From NCBI GenBank assembly GCA_004552615.1, contig SFNZ01000002.1, positions 461 through 64,460 of the forward strand: DNA of 64,000 nt. The letters are read 5' to 3'. Each line of letters starts with the position of its first letter. Positions within the stretch are counted from its first letter, which is position 1. The translations under genes were made by a program, and so were the position numbers. Below the pieces are notes generated by a model, which saw nothing but the letters and a program-made list of their open reading frames with translations, searched no databases and was not told where the DNA came from. Below are positions 18,700-29,143 of the stretch, piece after piece. Source of the stretch: Bacteroidales bacterium. Its GTDB lineage: Bacteria > Bacteroidota > Bacteroidia > Bacteroidales > UBA932.

Positions 18700-20541
18700 T
18701 CAATAAGTTTTGACTTTAGACATCAGGTCCCCGTCCAGGATTCTCTCCTCCAGCGGCTTGCGTTTTTCGTCGATGTAGCCGTTGAGATACTTCTCCACGA
18801 GCAGGGATGCTATAGGTGCCGACCAGGTGGCTCCGAAGCCGGCGTTCTCCACATAGGCAGCCACGGCTATCTTCGGATTGTCCATTGGGGCGAAGCAGAT
18901 GAACACTGAATTGTCCGCACCGCGTGGATTCTGTGCCGTACCTGTCTTGCCGCAGATGTCGAGTCCATCCACGGCTGCCACACTCGCGGTACCTCCCGAG
19001 CCGTACCCGCTGTTCACGGCCTTCCACATGCCCTTGATCACTTTCTTGAAATTGGTGGTGTCCACCATCGTGTACTGCCGTTCCCTGAACTTGTCATCTA
19101 TCTTGAGAGAATCGGAATCCTTGATGATATGTGGTATGTAATAATATCCCCTGTTCGCTACGGTAGCGCACATATTGGCAATCTGGAGCGGAGTCACGCC
19201 GATCTCTCCCTGCCCGATGGAAATGGAGATGACGGTGGTGAATTTCCATCCGCCCTTGCCATAGACTTTGTTGTAATACTCCGATGTCGGGATGGTCCCT
19301 CCGAGCTCTGCAGGGAAATCGCTCCCGAGCTTGTGCCCGAACCCGAAGCTTTCCACATATTCGTGCCACTTGTCTAGTGCCTCGGCCTCCCCGCTGTATT
19401 TCTTGTTCTCGAGGATATTGCGCATCACGTAGCAGAAATACCCGTTGCACGACATCATTATGGCCTCCTCTAGCGCAAGAGGCGAGCTGTGGGCATGGCA
19501 TCCCAGTTTGTGGCTTCCGAAATAATAGCCCTTGTTGCACGGGTAAGTGTATTCCGGCTTCAGCACTCCCTCCTCGAGCCCTATGAGCCCGTTCACCAGC
19601 TTGAACACGGATCCCGGAGGATAAGGCGCCTGGACCGCCCTGTTGAACATCGGCTTGTGCGGGTCGCTGACGATTTCGCTGTAATGCTTTCCGATGTCGG
19701 ACAGCATCTCCACGTCGATTCCCGGACTCGACACCATCGTCAGGATCTCTCCCGTGGAAGGTTCAATGGCCACGAGACTGCCCACCTTGTTCTGCATGAG
19801 CTGCTGGCCGTATTGCTGCAGGTCGGCGTCGATGGTGGTGACAATGTCTTTCCCCGGCACCGCCTCCTTGTCCATCTCACCGTCCTTGTATCGGGTCTCT
19901 ATCTGGTTGTGGGAATTGCGCAGATATACGTGATAGCCTTTCTCGCCCCTCAGCTCCTTCTCCCTTGCTGCCTCTATGCCCGTTTTTCCGGCATAGTCCC
20001 CGGAACGGTATTCCCCGGGATGCTTCTTGATATAGGCCTGGTCCACCTCCGACACATATCCGAGAAGATTCCCTCCGGCATTCACCGGATAGTCCCTGAT
20101 ACTTCTGACCTGCCCCTTGAATCCCGGGAACTTGTACTGAACTTCGGCGAACTTCATATATGTCTCGGCCGGCAACTGCTTGAGCATCACCATGGACTGA
20201 TACCCGATACGCCTCCTGTTCATGCGGTATTCCGCCATCCTGCCCCTGATGAAATCAGGCTCCACCCCGAGCACTTCCGCGAGAAGCAGGGTGTCGAACT
20301 TCTCCACCTCCTTCGGCGTCACTAGGATGTCGTAGGCCACTTTGTTGCCGACGATGATCTTGCCGTTGCGGTCATAGATGACGCCCCTCGTAGGGTAGAT
20401 GATGTCATAGACCATCGAATTGTTGGAAGCGTCGATCTTGTAGCTGTTGTCGATTATCTGGATATAGAACAGTTTGGATAGCAGGATTCCTGCCATCACA
20501 CAGAGCCCGATGCGTAGTTTATTGTCCCGTGAGAGATTCAT
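18700..20541 (-). CDS. mrdA: Penicillin-binding protein 2
   Basis: PGSVFK (SxxK), SCN and KTGTAQ motifs; dimerisation domain RGVIYDRNG. Confidence 0.96.
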   Translation of the reverse strand: MNLSRDNKLRIGLCVMAGILLSKLFYIQIIDNSYKIDASNNSMVYDIIYPTRGVIYDRNGKIIVGNKVAYDILVTPKEVEKFDTLLLAEVLGVEPDFIRGRMAEYRMNRRRIGYQSMVMLKQLPAETYMKFAEVQYKFPGFKGQVRSIRDYPVNAGGNLLGYVSEVDQAYIKKHPGEYRSGDYAGKTGIEAAREKELRGEKGYHVYLRNSHNQIETRYKDGEMDKEAVPGKDIVTTIDADLQQYGQQLMQNKVGSLVAIEPSTGEILTMVSSPGIDVEMLSDIGKHYSEIVSDPHKPMFNRAVQAPYPPGSVFKLVNGLIGLEEGVLKPEYTYPCNKGYYFGSHKLGCHAHSSPLALEEAIMMSCNGYFCYVMRNILENKKYSGEAEALDKWHEYVESFGFGHKLGSDFPAELGGTIPTSEYYNKVYGKGGWKFTTVISISIGQGEIGVTPLQIANMCATVANRGYYYIPHIIKDSDSLKIDDKFRERQYTMVDTTNFKKVIKGMWKAVNSGYGSGGTASVAAVDGLDICGKTGTAQNPRGADNSVFICFAPMDNPKIAVAAYVENAGFGATWSAPIASLLVEKYLNGYIDEKRKPLEERILDGDLMSKVKTY

Positions 20542-20544
20542 GGC

Positions 20545-21054
20545 TTATTTCCTCTCGTTTGGATCCATCATGTGGGCGACGACGAGAGAGAGGCCAACTC
20601 CGGCCACAAGGGAAGCGGCGAATCTTATCAGGTTGAATACCAACGGTCTGGCAGGACCTCCGTCGGCCCAGATATAAACAATGAGGAAAATTCCCTGCAC
20701 GATCAGCAGGGCGAATGTCACCTTGCCTATGCCGTGTTTCCTCATGGAAATGTCCTCTCCCAGAAGAATCAGTTCCTTGCCGAACACGCTGTCGCAGATG
20801 AATCTCTTGCAGGCGGCCACCGGCACGAGCGCTGCCGCATTAAGCCCTATCAGCCCTTCTGCGAGGAAATCTGTACCGAGCCCCGTTGCGAATGCAATCA
20901 GCATGGTCCCCGCTGCTCCGATCTTCGTCGGCAGGCACAATATTGCGACCGGGAGGATACTGAGCGAGATGTAGGCGCTGATATGGAAATAATTGCATAT
21001 CAGCAACTGAGCGCAAAGCGTCAGGAAAAACATTATGAAATAATTCTGCTTCAT
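20545..21054 (-). CDS. mreD: Rod shape-determining protein MreD
   Basis: Small hydrophobic protein with AFATGLGTDF, between mreC and mrdA. Confidence 0.85.
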   Translation of the reverse strand: MKQNYFIMFFLTLCAQLLICNYFHISAYISLSILPVAILCLPTKIGAAGTMLIAFATGLGTDFLAEGLIGLNAAALVPVAACKRFICDSVFGKELILLGEDISMRKHGIGKVTFALLIVQGIFLIVYIWADGGPARPLVFNLIRFAASLVAGVGLSLVVAHMMDPNERK

Positions 21055-21887
21055 CTTCCTCCTTGTCCGTCATCTCCTGCAAGTTCGTTGATCTCACGTA
21101 TGTCCCTGTTTTTCACGAGAGTGACATATCTGAGTGCGGTGAAGTCCTGGAAAAGAGAGACCTCAACCTCGTATGTGGCTCCGTTCACGATTTTCGACTC
21201 CCCGACGGTGCCGAGCGGGATGTCTGCCGGGAAGATCGAAGAGAATCCGCTGGTATAGACGGTGTCTCCCTGGGAGAACCGGTACTGCAGTGGAATCTCC
21301 TTCAGCAGGGCGCCCCGGGACCCTTCCCCGTCCCATTGCATTGGCCCGGCCGCTCCCGAATTGCCTATGCGGGCGCTGATGCTTATCTCGCTGTTGAGGA
21401 ACGAGATTGCGTAGGAATAATGCCTGCTCACCGCATCCACAATGCCGATTACTCCGGTGGATGTGACGATTCCAGTCTGCGGAGTCACTCCGTTCACGGA
21501 GCCCTTATTGATTATCAGGTAATTGTGCTGTTTGTTGATGCTGTTTTTCCGTATTTCCGCAGGCATGAACTCGAAGCGTGCGTCGCCATTGTCGTACATT
21601 GCTTCCGCAGCATCCTGCTCGCGGGCCCGGGTCGAAAGCGCATTGACCCTGTAGGTGAGTCTCAGCACCTCTTCAGACAGCCTTTCGTTTTCTTTCTTCA
21701 GCGAGGTATAGTAGCGGACCGATTCCGTAGCTCCCCAGACCGTGCCCATGAACCCGTGTGCGGCCCTGCTTATGAAGAAATCCTGCAGCGGGCCGTTGTC
21801 CCTCAACATATCAAGTGCGGCAATCTCCAATATGATGAAGACTGCCGTATTGATTATAGTTCCGGTTATGGTTCTTCTGCGGGGCAT
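21051..21887 (-). CDS. mreC: Rod shape-determining protein MreC
   Basis: TM segment, coiled coil LKKENERL, INKGS, GDTVYTSG..IFP motifs. Confidence 0.95.
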   Translation of the reverse strand: MPRRRTITGTIINTAVFIILEIAALDMLRDNGPLQDFFISRAAHGFMGTVWGATESVRYYTSLKKENERLSEEVLRLTYRVNALSTRAREQDAAEAMYDNGDARFEFMPAEIRKNSINKQHNYLIINKGSVNGVTPQTGIVTSTGVIGIVDAVSRHYSYAISFLNSEISISARIGNSGAAGPMQWDGEGSRGALLKEIPLQYRFSQGDTVYTSGFSSIFPADIPLGTVGESKIVNGATYEVEVSLFQDFTALRYVTLVKNRDIREINELAGDDGQGGR

Positions 21888-21888
21888 G

Positions 21889-22911
21889 CTATCTCTTCAG
21901 GAAGGAGCAGTTCTCCGCATTCTTCAATGCGATGCAAGTTCCGCGTGCCACTGCGTGGAGAGGGTCCTCTGCCACGTGGAAAGGAATGTTTACCTTTTCC
22001 GTGAGCCTGATATCGAGGCCCCTGAGCAGTGCTCCGCCTCCTGAGAGGAAGATACCGTTCTCCACAATGTCGGAATAAAGCTCCGGAGGAGTCTGCTCGA
22101 GCACGTGGAGGATGGATGATTCTATCCTTGTGATGGACTTGTCGAGGCAATGTGCCATTTCCTGATATGTAATCGTGGCCTCAACAGGGTGCGCGGTCAT
22201 CAGGTTGGCTCCCTTCACGATGTATGGCTCAGGCCCGTCCACGAGGTCCGGAATCACCGCTCCCACGGCTATCTTGATCTTCTCGGCCGTGATCTCGCCC
22301 ACCTTGATATTGTGCTGCTGCCTGAGGTATGTCTGGATATCGCTCGTGAACACGTCCCCGGCAGTCCTGATGCTGTCCTGGATGACGATTCCGCCGAGGG
22401 AGATGACAGCGATTTCAGTGGTTCCTCCACCGATGTCCACCACCATGTTGCCCTTCGGGGCCTCCACCTCGAGACCGATTCCGAGAGCTGCCGCCATTGG
22501 CTCGGAAATGAGATACACATCCCTTCCGCCTGCATGTTCGGAAGAGTCCCTGACGGCCCTTATTTCTACCTCGGTACTTCCGGACGGAATGCCCACCACG
22601 AGCTTGAGGCTCGGGGAGAAGAATGTCCTTTTCTTGCTGTTGACCTGCTTGATGAATCCGCGGATCATCATCTCGGCTGCATTGAAGTCAGCTATGACCC
22701 CGTCTTTCAACGGGCGGATCGTCTTGATCCCGGGATGCTCGTGCTCGTGCATCAGTTTGGCCTTGTGCCCGAGTGCGATGCATTTCCCCGTATTGCTCTC
22801 GACAGCTACGATGCTCGGCTCGTCCAGCACTATCTGGTCATTCTGGAAAATGACGGTGTTGGCGGTCCCGAGATCCATCGCAAGCTCTTGAGTCAGGAAT
22901 GAAAATGCCAT
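21889..22911 (-). CDS. mreB: Actin-like rod shape-determining protein
   Basis: DLGTANT, RPLKDGVIADF, DIGGGTTE, GGGALL motifs. Confidence 0.98.
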   Translation of the reverse strand: MAFSFLTQELAMDLGTANTVIFQNDQIVLDEPSIVAVESNTGKCIALGHKAKLMHEHEHPGIKTIRPLKDGVIADFNAAEMMIRGFIKQVNSKKRTFFSPSLKLVVGIPSGSTEVEIRAVRDSSEHAGGRDVYLISEPMAAALGIGLEVEAPKGNMVVDIGGGTTEIAVISLGGIVIQDSIRTAGDVFTSDIQTYLRQQHNIKVGEITAEKIKIAVGAVIPDLVDGPEPYIVKGANLMTAHPVEATITYQEMAHCLDKSITRIESSILHVLEQTPPELYSDIVENGIFLSGGGALLRGLDIRLTEKVNIPFHVAEDPLHAVARGTCIALKNAENCSFLKR

Positions 22912-22997
22912 ATCAAATGTTCAATTTTTCAGTTATTCACATAATTTCCGTAAAAGTACGAAAAAAAACTTAAATTTGCTCGGTTATGTGAATCAAT

Positions 22998-23732
22998 ATG
23001 AACAGAAAATCTTTTCTCGTAGTGATGGCCGCGGGACACGGTACCAGGATGGGTGCCGGGATGCCCAAGCAGTTCCTTTCATTGTCCGGAGTGGCCATCC
23101 TGCAGCGCACCATACAGAAGTTCATCGATGCGGTACCTGATATACAGGTAGTTACGGTCCTTCCTCCGGACGGGGAATACGTGGACTGGTGGAAAAATTA
23201 CTGTCTAGTGAAGAACTTCTCATGTCCCCAGGCGATGGTATCTGGAGGGATCACCCGTTTCCATTCCGTCAAGGCGGCTTTGGACAGGATTCCGGACGGG
23301 GCTGTCGTCGCCATTCATGACGGGGTCAGGCCGATGGTTACGGAGGACCTGATAAGGTCAATGTTCTCGCGTTTTTCCGAAGATGAGACATGCAGGGCGC
23401 TGATACCTGTCGTCCCCATGGTGGACACAGTCAAGATGCTGCACAAGGAAAAGGATACTTCAGGAAATACCATTTTGGTCCGTGCCGATGCTACGGAGCC
23501 GGACAGGTCAGTCCTGTACGGCGCCCAGACTCCTCAGATGTTCCGTTCGGAAGACATCAGGGCCGCATACAGGCAGCCGTTCGACCTTTCGTTCACGGAT
23601 GACGCCTCAGTGGCCTCCGCATACGAAATACCTCTCGCGTTCTGTGAAGGCGAGAGGCTCAATTTCAAAATCACCACCCCGGAGGACCTTGTTCTTGCCG
23701 AGGCCGTCCTGAAAATCAGGGGAGAACGCTGA
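22998..23732 (+). CDS. ispD: 2-C-methyl-D-erythritol 4-phosphate cytidylyltransferase
   Basis: AAGHGTRMG..PKQFL, HDGVRP, QTPQ, TDDASV, NFKITTPEDL motifs; TAAATTTG box at 22971. Confidence 0.93.
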   Translation: MNRKSFLVVMAAGHGTRMGAGMPKQFLSLSGVAILQRTIQKFIDAVPDIQVVTVLPPDGEYVDWWKNYCLVKNFSCPQAMVSGGITRFHSVKAALDRIPDGAVVAIHDGVRPMVTEDLIRSMFSRFSEDETCRALIPVVPMVDTVKMLHKEKDTSGNTILVRADATEPDRSVLYGAQTPQMFRSEDIRAAYRQPFDLSFTDDASVASAYEIPLAFCEGERLNFKITTPEDLVLAEAVLKIRGER

Positions 23733-23740
23733 CAGGGTTC

Positions 23741-24247
23741 TTAGTCCATTTCCTTTGTGATTCCGGAGAAACTGGTATTGTGGTAGTCCTTGACCCATAC
23801 CTGACGGTCAATGGCCTCGTCGAGGGCAATCATCGTCTCGGTGGCCAGAATATATGGAATCTTCTGGATGGTGTTCAGCAGGACTTCCATAAGATGGTCA
23901 TTGTCAAAGCAATATATTTTCACCAACATGGCATATTTGCCAGTGACGAAATGACATTCCACCACTTCAGGAATTTTTCTGAGGTGACTTACCACTTCAT
24001 TGTACTTGTCAGCTTCCGACAGGGAAATGCTGATGAAGGCGCAGATGTTCAGGCCAAGAGCCTGCGGTTTCACTAAAAGCCTCGATCCGGTGATTACTCC
24101 GGCAGCCTCGAGCCTTTTCACTCTCTGGTGGATGGCAGCGCCCGATACGCCGCATTCGCGTGCGATTTCCAGAAACGGCATCCTTGCATTCTTCACAAGG
24201 AATGACAAAATCTTCTGATCCGTCTGGTCAATGTGATACTTGCTCAT
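23741..24247 (-). CDS. Lrp/AsnC-family transcriptional regulator
   Basis: IDQTDQKILSFL..NARMPFLEIARECGVSGAAIHQRVKRL HTH followed by a RAM domain; start at 24247 or 24256. Confidence 0.94.
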   Translation of the reverse strand: MSKYHIDQTDQKILSFLVKNARMPFLEIARECGVSGAAIHQRVKRLEAAGVITGSRLLVKPQALGLNICAFISISLSEADKYNEVVSHLRKIPEVVECHFVTGKYAMLVKIYCFDNDHLMEVLLNTIQKIPYILATETMIALDEAIDRQVWVKDYHNTSFSGITKEMD

Positions 24248-24361
24248 AGCGTCCATTCTTTGTTTACCAAATGCAAAAATAAGCAATATTTCATAAAAAT
24301 GTCACATTTCGGCCGCGGAAAGTAATTTTTTTTAAGCAAAAGGCCTTCTAAAACGTCGAAT

Positions 24362-26680
24362 TTATTTCTTTGCTGCCCCTTTCCTGCGGAACTGCCTCTT
24401 CGTAGGCGACTCGGAACTGATGATTTCCATGCACTTTTCCTCGGTCAAAGTCCCGGCATCCACGTCTTTCGGAATCTTGTAATTCTTCCCGTCCTGCTTT
24501 ATATACGGCCCGTATCTGCCGTTTATCACCTGGATTCCTTTTCCCGAAAACTCGAGCATCACCTCGTTCCCGCCGCCTTTGGCAGCCTCTTTCTCGATCA
24601 GGGCCACGCATTCATCCACAGTCACGGTGAGAGGATCCTTGCCCCTCGGCAGGGACATGTTGCGGTCACCGTACTTGATATACGGCCCGTACTTTCCCTT
24701 CGTCGCTATAATGTCAGCCCCGTTGTACTGCCCTACGGTCCTCGGCAGCAGGAACAGCCTGCATGCATCCTCGAGGGTGATGCTCTCTATCAGCTGTCCC
24801 GGAGCGAGATTGGCATACTGCCGCTTCTCGCCTTCCCCTTTCTGGACATAAGGCCCATACTGGCCGAACCTTGCCACAATCGGCTGCCCGTCCGCAGGGT
24901 CGTTCCCGAGTTCCCGGCTCACGTGGCTGTATTCCTTGTTCCCGAGAACTTCCTCCACTTTCTTGTGGAACGGGGTGTAGAACTCGGATATGAGATTGTT
25001 CCATGCGAGATCTCCTTCGGCAATCTTGTCGAAATCCTTCTCCACGTTCGCCGTGAAGTCATAGTCCATTATCGGCCCGAAATTCTTCACCAGATAATCG
25101 GTGACTATCATGCCTATCTCCTGGGGGAGCAGCTTTCCCTTCTCCGCGCCCACTGTCTCTATTTTCTCGCTTTCAGTGATTTTCCCGTCCTTCATCGCCA
25201 GATATGGCACCGGAATCTTCTCTCCCTCCTTGTCACCCTTCACTATATATCCGCGTCCGGTCGTGAGAGTCGATATGATCTGGGCGTATGTTGCAGGACG
25301 TCCGATACCGAGTTCCTCGAGCTTCTTGACGAGCGAAGCCTCCGAGTACCTTGACGGCGGGGCGGTGAAACGGCCGCCTGAAGTGAATCCGAGCGGAATC
25401 ATCACGTCTCCTTCATTGAGCGCCGGAAGAATCACTTCCTCGTCGTCCTGCTGGTCGTCCGAACTCTCCATATATACTTTGAGGAATCCGTCGAACAATA
25501 CCTGTGCGGCCTGCACCGCGAATTTCTCCTCCCTCCTGTCGTTGGATATCTTCATGTCCGTGCGGAGAATCCTGGCATCCGCCATCTGTGAGGCTATTGT
25601 CCTCTTCCAGATGAGATTGTACAACTTCTGCTCCTGGGCTGTCCCTTCTATGGAAGTGTTGGCGATATATGTAGGCCTTATCGCCTCGTGGGCCTCCTGG
25701 GCTCCCTTGGAATGAGTCCTGTATTGTCTCGTGCGGGAATAGTCCTCCCCGAAATTACCGACGATGTATTTTTTTGCAGCCCCGAGGGCCAATGCCGAAA
25801 GATTCGTCGAGTCGGTTCTCATATAAGTGATGAGTCCCCGTTCGTAGAGGCTCTGCGCCACCCTCATCGTCACGCTTACAGGAAACTTGAGCTTCCTTGC
25901 CGCTTCCTGCTGGAGAGTGGATGTCGTGAACGGGGCCGCAGGAGTGCGGGTACCCTCTTTCTTGTCTATCGAACTGATGGTGAATTTCGCGTCTGCACAG
26001 TCCTCGAGGAACTTCCTTGCCTCTTCAAGCGTCTTGAACTTCGTGTTCAATGTGGCATTGACCTTAGCCCCTCCGGATCCTTCAGGGGAGAATGTCGCAT
26101 CCGTCTTGAAATATGCTTCTTTCTTGAAGTCCATTATCTCCCTTTCCCTGTCCACCACGAGCCTCAGGGCCACGCTCTGCACCCTTCCGGCGGACAGCTT
26201 CGGCTGGATTTTCCTCCACAGGATCGGCGATACCTCGAATCCCACGAGCCTGTCAAGCACCCTTCTGGCCTGCTGGGCGTTCACCATGTTCATGTCAATG
26301 CTCCTCGGGTTCGCCACGGCATGCAGGATGGCATCTTCGGTGATTTCGTGGAATACAATCCTGCGGGTATCCTTGTCTTTCAGTCCGAGAGTCTCGTAAA
26401 GATGCCAGGAGATGGCTTCTCCCTCCCGGTCTTCATCGGATGCCAGCCAGACCGTGCCGGCCTGCCCCGCCAGTTTCTTCAGCTCCGCGACCACCTTCTT
26501 CTTGTCTGCCGGAATGACGTACTCCGGTGTGAAACCGTGTTCCACATCGACACTTAACTTATTGTCCTGTAAATCTCTTATATGTCCGAAACTTGACTTT
26601 ACAACATAGTCCTTTCCCAGGAATTGCTGTATTTTCCCGGCCTTTGCCGGGGACTCAACTATCACAAGATTCCCCTCCAT
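24362..26680 (-). CDS. topA: DNA topoisomerase I
   Basis: VIVESPAKA, DEDREGEAI, SAGRVQS, ITYMRTDS (catalytic Tyr); C-terminal G[QKR]YGPY repeats. Confidence 0.98.
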   Translation of the reverse strand: MEGNLVIVESPAKAGKIQQFLGKDYVVKSSFGHIRDLQDNKLSVDVEHGFTPEYVIPADKKKVVAELKKLAGQAGTVWLASDEDREGEAISWHLYETLGLKDKDTRRIVFHEITEDAILHAVANPRSIDMNMVNAQQARRVLDRLVGFEVSPILWRKIQPKLSAGRVQSVALRLVVDREREIMDFKKEAYFKTDATFSPEGSGGAKVNATLNTKFKTLEEARKFLEDCADAKFTISSIDKKEGTRTPAAPFTTSTLQQEAARKLKFPVSVTMRVAQSLYERGLITYMRTDSTNLSALALGAAKKYIVGNFGEDYSRTRQYRTHSKGAQEAHEAIRPTYIANTSIEGTAQEQKLYNLIWKRTIASQMADARILRTDMKISNDRREEKFAVQAAQVLFDGFLKVYMESSDDQQDDEEVILPALNEGDVMIPLGFTSGGRFTAPPSRYSEASLVKKLEELGIGRPATYAQIISTLTTGRGYIVKGDKEGEKIPVPYLAMKDGKITESEKIETVGAEKGKLLPQEIGMIVTDYLVKNFGPIMDYDFTANVEKDFDKIAEGDLAWNNLISEFYTPFHKKVEEVLGNKEYSHVSRELGNDPADGQPIVARFGQYGPYVQKGEGEKRQYANLAPGQLIESITLEDACRLFLLPRTVGQYNGADIIATKGKYGPYIKYGDRNMSLPRGKDPLTVTVDECVALIEKEAAKGGGNEVMLEFSGKGIQVINGRYGPYIKQDGKNYKIPKDVDAGTLTEEKCMEIISSESPTKRQFRRKGAAKK

Positions 26681-26776
26681 GATTCTCGAAATTTCTTAAT
26701 TTGAATGCAAAGTAAAATACAAATCGGGTTAATTTCCAAATTTTCTATGTATTTTTGTCCTTCCAAAAGAATATAT

Positions 26777-29128
26777 ATGACAGCTGACACGAAGAAAAAA
26801 ATAATCAAATGGTTCTGGATACTTATTTCCATTCCCGTAGCGATGTTCATCGTGATGCTCCTTCTCGTATGGGCATTCGCCGACATCCCGTCGTTCGAGG
26901 AACTTGAGAATCCTGACAGCAAGCTTGCCACCGAGGTCATAGCCGACGACGGCCAGGTCCTCACCACATTCCACATAGAGAACCGTTCCCACGTCACCTA
27001 TGACGAACTGTCCCCGTATCTCGTGCAGGCAGCCGTGGCTACCGAGGACAAGCGCTTCTACAGCCATTCGGGAATCGATTTCCAGAGCCTCGGACGAGTG
27101 TTCGTGAAGACCCTACTTCTCAGCGACTCGAGCCAGGGAGGCGGAAGTACCATCACGCAGCAGCTTGCCAAGACCCTGTATCCGAGGGCGGACGTCACCA
27201 GCCGCATACCGGGCGGCTCCAAGGTCAAGCTCGTCTGGATCAAGCTGAAGGAATGGATAACGGCAGTCAAGCTCGAAAGGGACTATACCAAGGAAGAGAT
27301 TCTGGACATGTATCTCAATGCCGTATTCTTCGGCAGCAGCGCATACGGAGTCAGGGCGGCCTCCCAGACATTCTTCGCCAAGGAACCGTCGGAACTGACC
27401 GTAGAGGAGAGCGCCACTCTCGTGGGAATGGTGAACAAGCCTACCAGATACAATCCTGCCCTCCACCCGGACAAGGCCCTCGTCAGGAGGAATTTCGTCA
27501 TAAGCCAGATGGAGAAGGCCGGATATCTCACCAAGGCCCAGCGTGACTCCATCCAGCAGGTTCCTATAACATTGTCCTACCAGGTACAGGACCACAATGC
27601 CGGACTCGCCCCTTATTTCAGGGACATGCTCAGGCGCGTCATGAGCGCGGAGAAGCCGGTCCGTTCGAAATATACATACAGGGAGGATTATTCCGCCGAC
27701 TCCACATTGTGGGAGGACGACCCGCTCTATGGCTGGCTGAACAAGAACCGCAAGCCGGACGGGACCCAGTACAATCTCGACAAGGATGGACTCCGTATCT
27801 ATACCACCCTGAATTCCAAGATGCAGAGATATGCCGAGGAAGCCGTGGCGGAACATCTCGGCAAGGACCTGCAGAAGAGTTTTGCGAGGGATCTCAAATA
27901 CAAGACCAACAAGCCTTTCTCCAATGACGTGGACAAGGAGACCCGTGACCGCGTAATGAAGCAGGCCCGCCGGTGGAGTGACCGCTACCGCATGATGAAG
28001 AAGGAAGGCGTCAGCGAGTCCGAAATCATGAAGAGTTTCAGTGTGCCGGTCCAGATGAGGGTCTTCGCCTGGAACAAGAAGGGATATGTGGACACGACCC
28101 TCACCCCGGACGATTCCATTAAATATTACAAGTCCATCCTCAGGGCCGGATTCATGGCCGTGGAGCCTGTGACCGGTCATGTGAAGGCTTATGTCGGCGG
28201 CCCGAACTACCGCTATTTCAAATATGACAATGTCCGCCAGGGCAAGCGTCAGGTGGGTTCCACCGTGAAGCCTTTCCTCTACACTCTCGCGATGCAGTCG
28301 GGCATGACTCCGTGCACAAAGGTCGTCAACGTGCCACAGACTTTCATAGTGGGGGAGGACGAATGGACTCCGAGAAGTACCGACAAGGACATCTGGATCG
28401 GCCAGACAGTGACATTGAAATGGGGTCTCACCCACAGCTCGAACAATATTTCAGCTTATCTGATGAAGCAGCTCGGGCCGGAGCCTATGGCCAACATGAT
28501 GCGGACGATGGGCATCCAGAGCCATATAGATGCCGTTCCGTCCCTGTGCGTGGGCCCTGCGGATCTCTCATTGTATGAGATGGTTGCGGCCTACAATACC
28601 TTCCCGTCGAAGGGCGTGTACATCACCCCTCAGTTCGTCACGAGGATAGAGGACAACCAGGGCAATGTCCTCGGTGAGTTCACCAATCGCAAGAGGGAGG
28701 CCATCAGCGAGCAGACCGCATATCTGATGGTCAACCTGATGGAAGGTGTCATCAACAACGGAACCGGTTCGCGCCTGCGTGCGAAATACGGGCTGAAAGG
28801 GCAGATTGCCGGCAAGACAGGAACTACCAATGACAATGCGGACGGATGGTTCATCGGCTACACCCCGTCCCTCACGGCCGGAATCTGGGTCGGCGCCGAG
28901 GACAGGCAGGTTCATTTCCAGTCCCTTGCATTGGGTAGCGGTTCCAATATGGCACTTCCGATATGGGGTATTTTCATGAAGAAGGTGCTGGCTGACGGGA
29001 GTCTCGGCATATCCGAATCCGACCGGTTCATGGCTCCTGCCGGGATGGAGATTGACCTGAGTTGCAGCGGAGGGGACGAGGACACCAATACCTCTTCCCG
29101 CAGCGAAGCAGACTATTATTTTGATTGA
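26777..29128 (+). CDS. mrcA: Class A penicillin-binding protein (PBP1A)
   Basis: EDKRFYSH, GGSTITQQLAK transglycosylase motifs; STVK, SSN and KTGTT transpeptidase motifs. Confidence 0.93.
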   Translation: MTADTKKKIIKWFWILISIPVAMFIVMLLLVWAFADIPSFEELENPDSKLATEVIADDGQVLTTFHIENRSHVTYDELSPYLVQAAVATEDKRFYSHSGIDFQSLGRVFVKTLLLSDSSQGGGSTITQQLAKTLYPRADVTSRIPGGSKVKLVWIKLKEWITAVKLERDYTKEEILDMYLNAVFFGSSAYGVRAASQTFFAKEPSELTVEESATLVGMVNKPTRYNPALHPDKALVRRNFVISQMEKAGYLTKAQRDSIQQVPITLSYQVQDHNAGLAPYFRDMLRRVMSAEKPVRSKYTYREDYSADSTLWEDDPLYGWLNKNRKPDGTQYNLDKDGLRIYTTLNSKMQRYAEEAVAEHLGKDLQKSFARDLKYKTNKPFSNDVDKETRDRVMKQARRWSDRYRMMKKEGVSESEIMKSFSVPVQMRVFAWNKKGYVDTTLTPDDSIKYYKSILRAGFMAVEPVTGHVKAYVGGPNYRYFKYDNVRQGKRQVGSTVKPFLYTLAMQSGMTPCTKVVNVPQTFIVGEDEWTPRSTDKDIWIGQTVTLKWGLTHSSNNISAYLMKQLGPEPMANMMRTMGIQSHIDAVPSLCVGPADLSLYEMVAAYNTFPSKGVYITPQFVTRIEDNQGNVLGEFTNRKREAISEQTAYLMVNLMEGVINNGTGSRLRAKYGLKGQIAGKTGTTNDNADGWFIGYTPSLTAGIWVGAEDRQVHFQSLALGSGSNMALPIWGIFMKKVLADGSLGISESDRFMAPAGMEIDLSCSGGDEDTNTSSRSEADYYFD

Positions 29129-29143
29129 TAACTTATATCTATC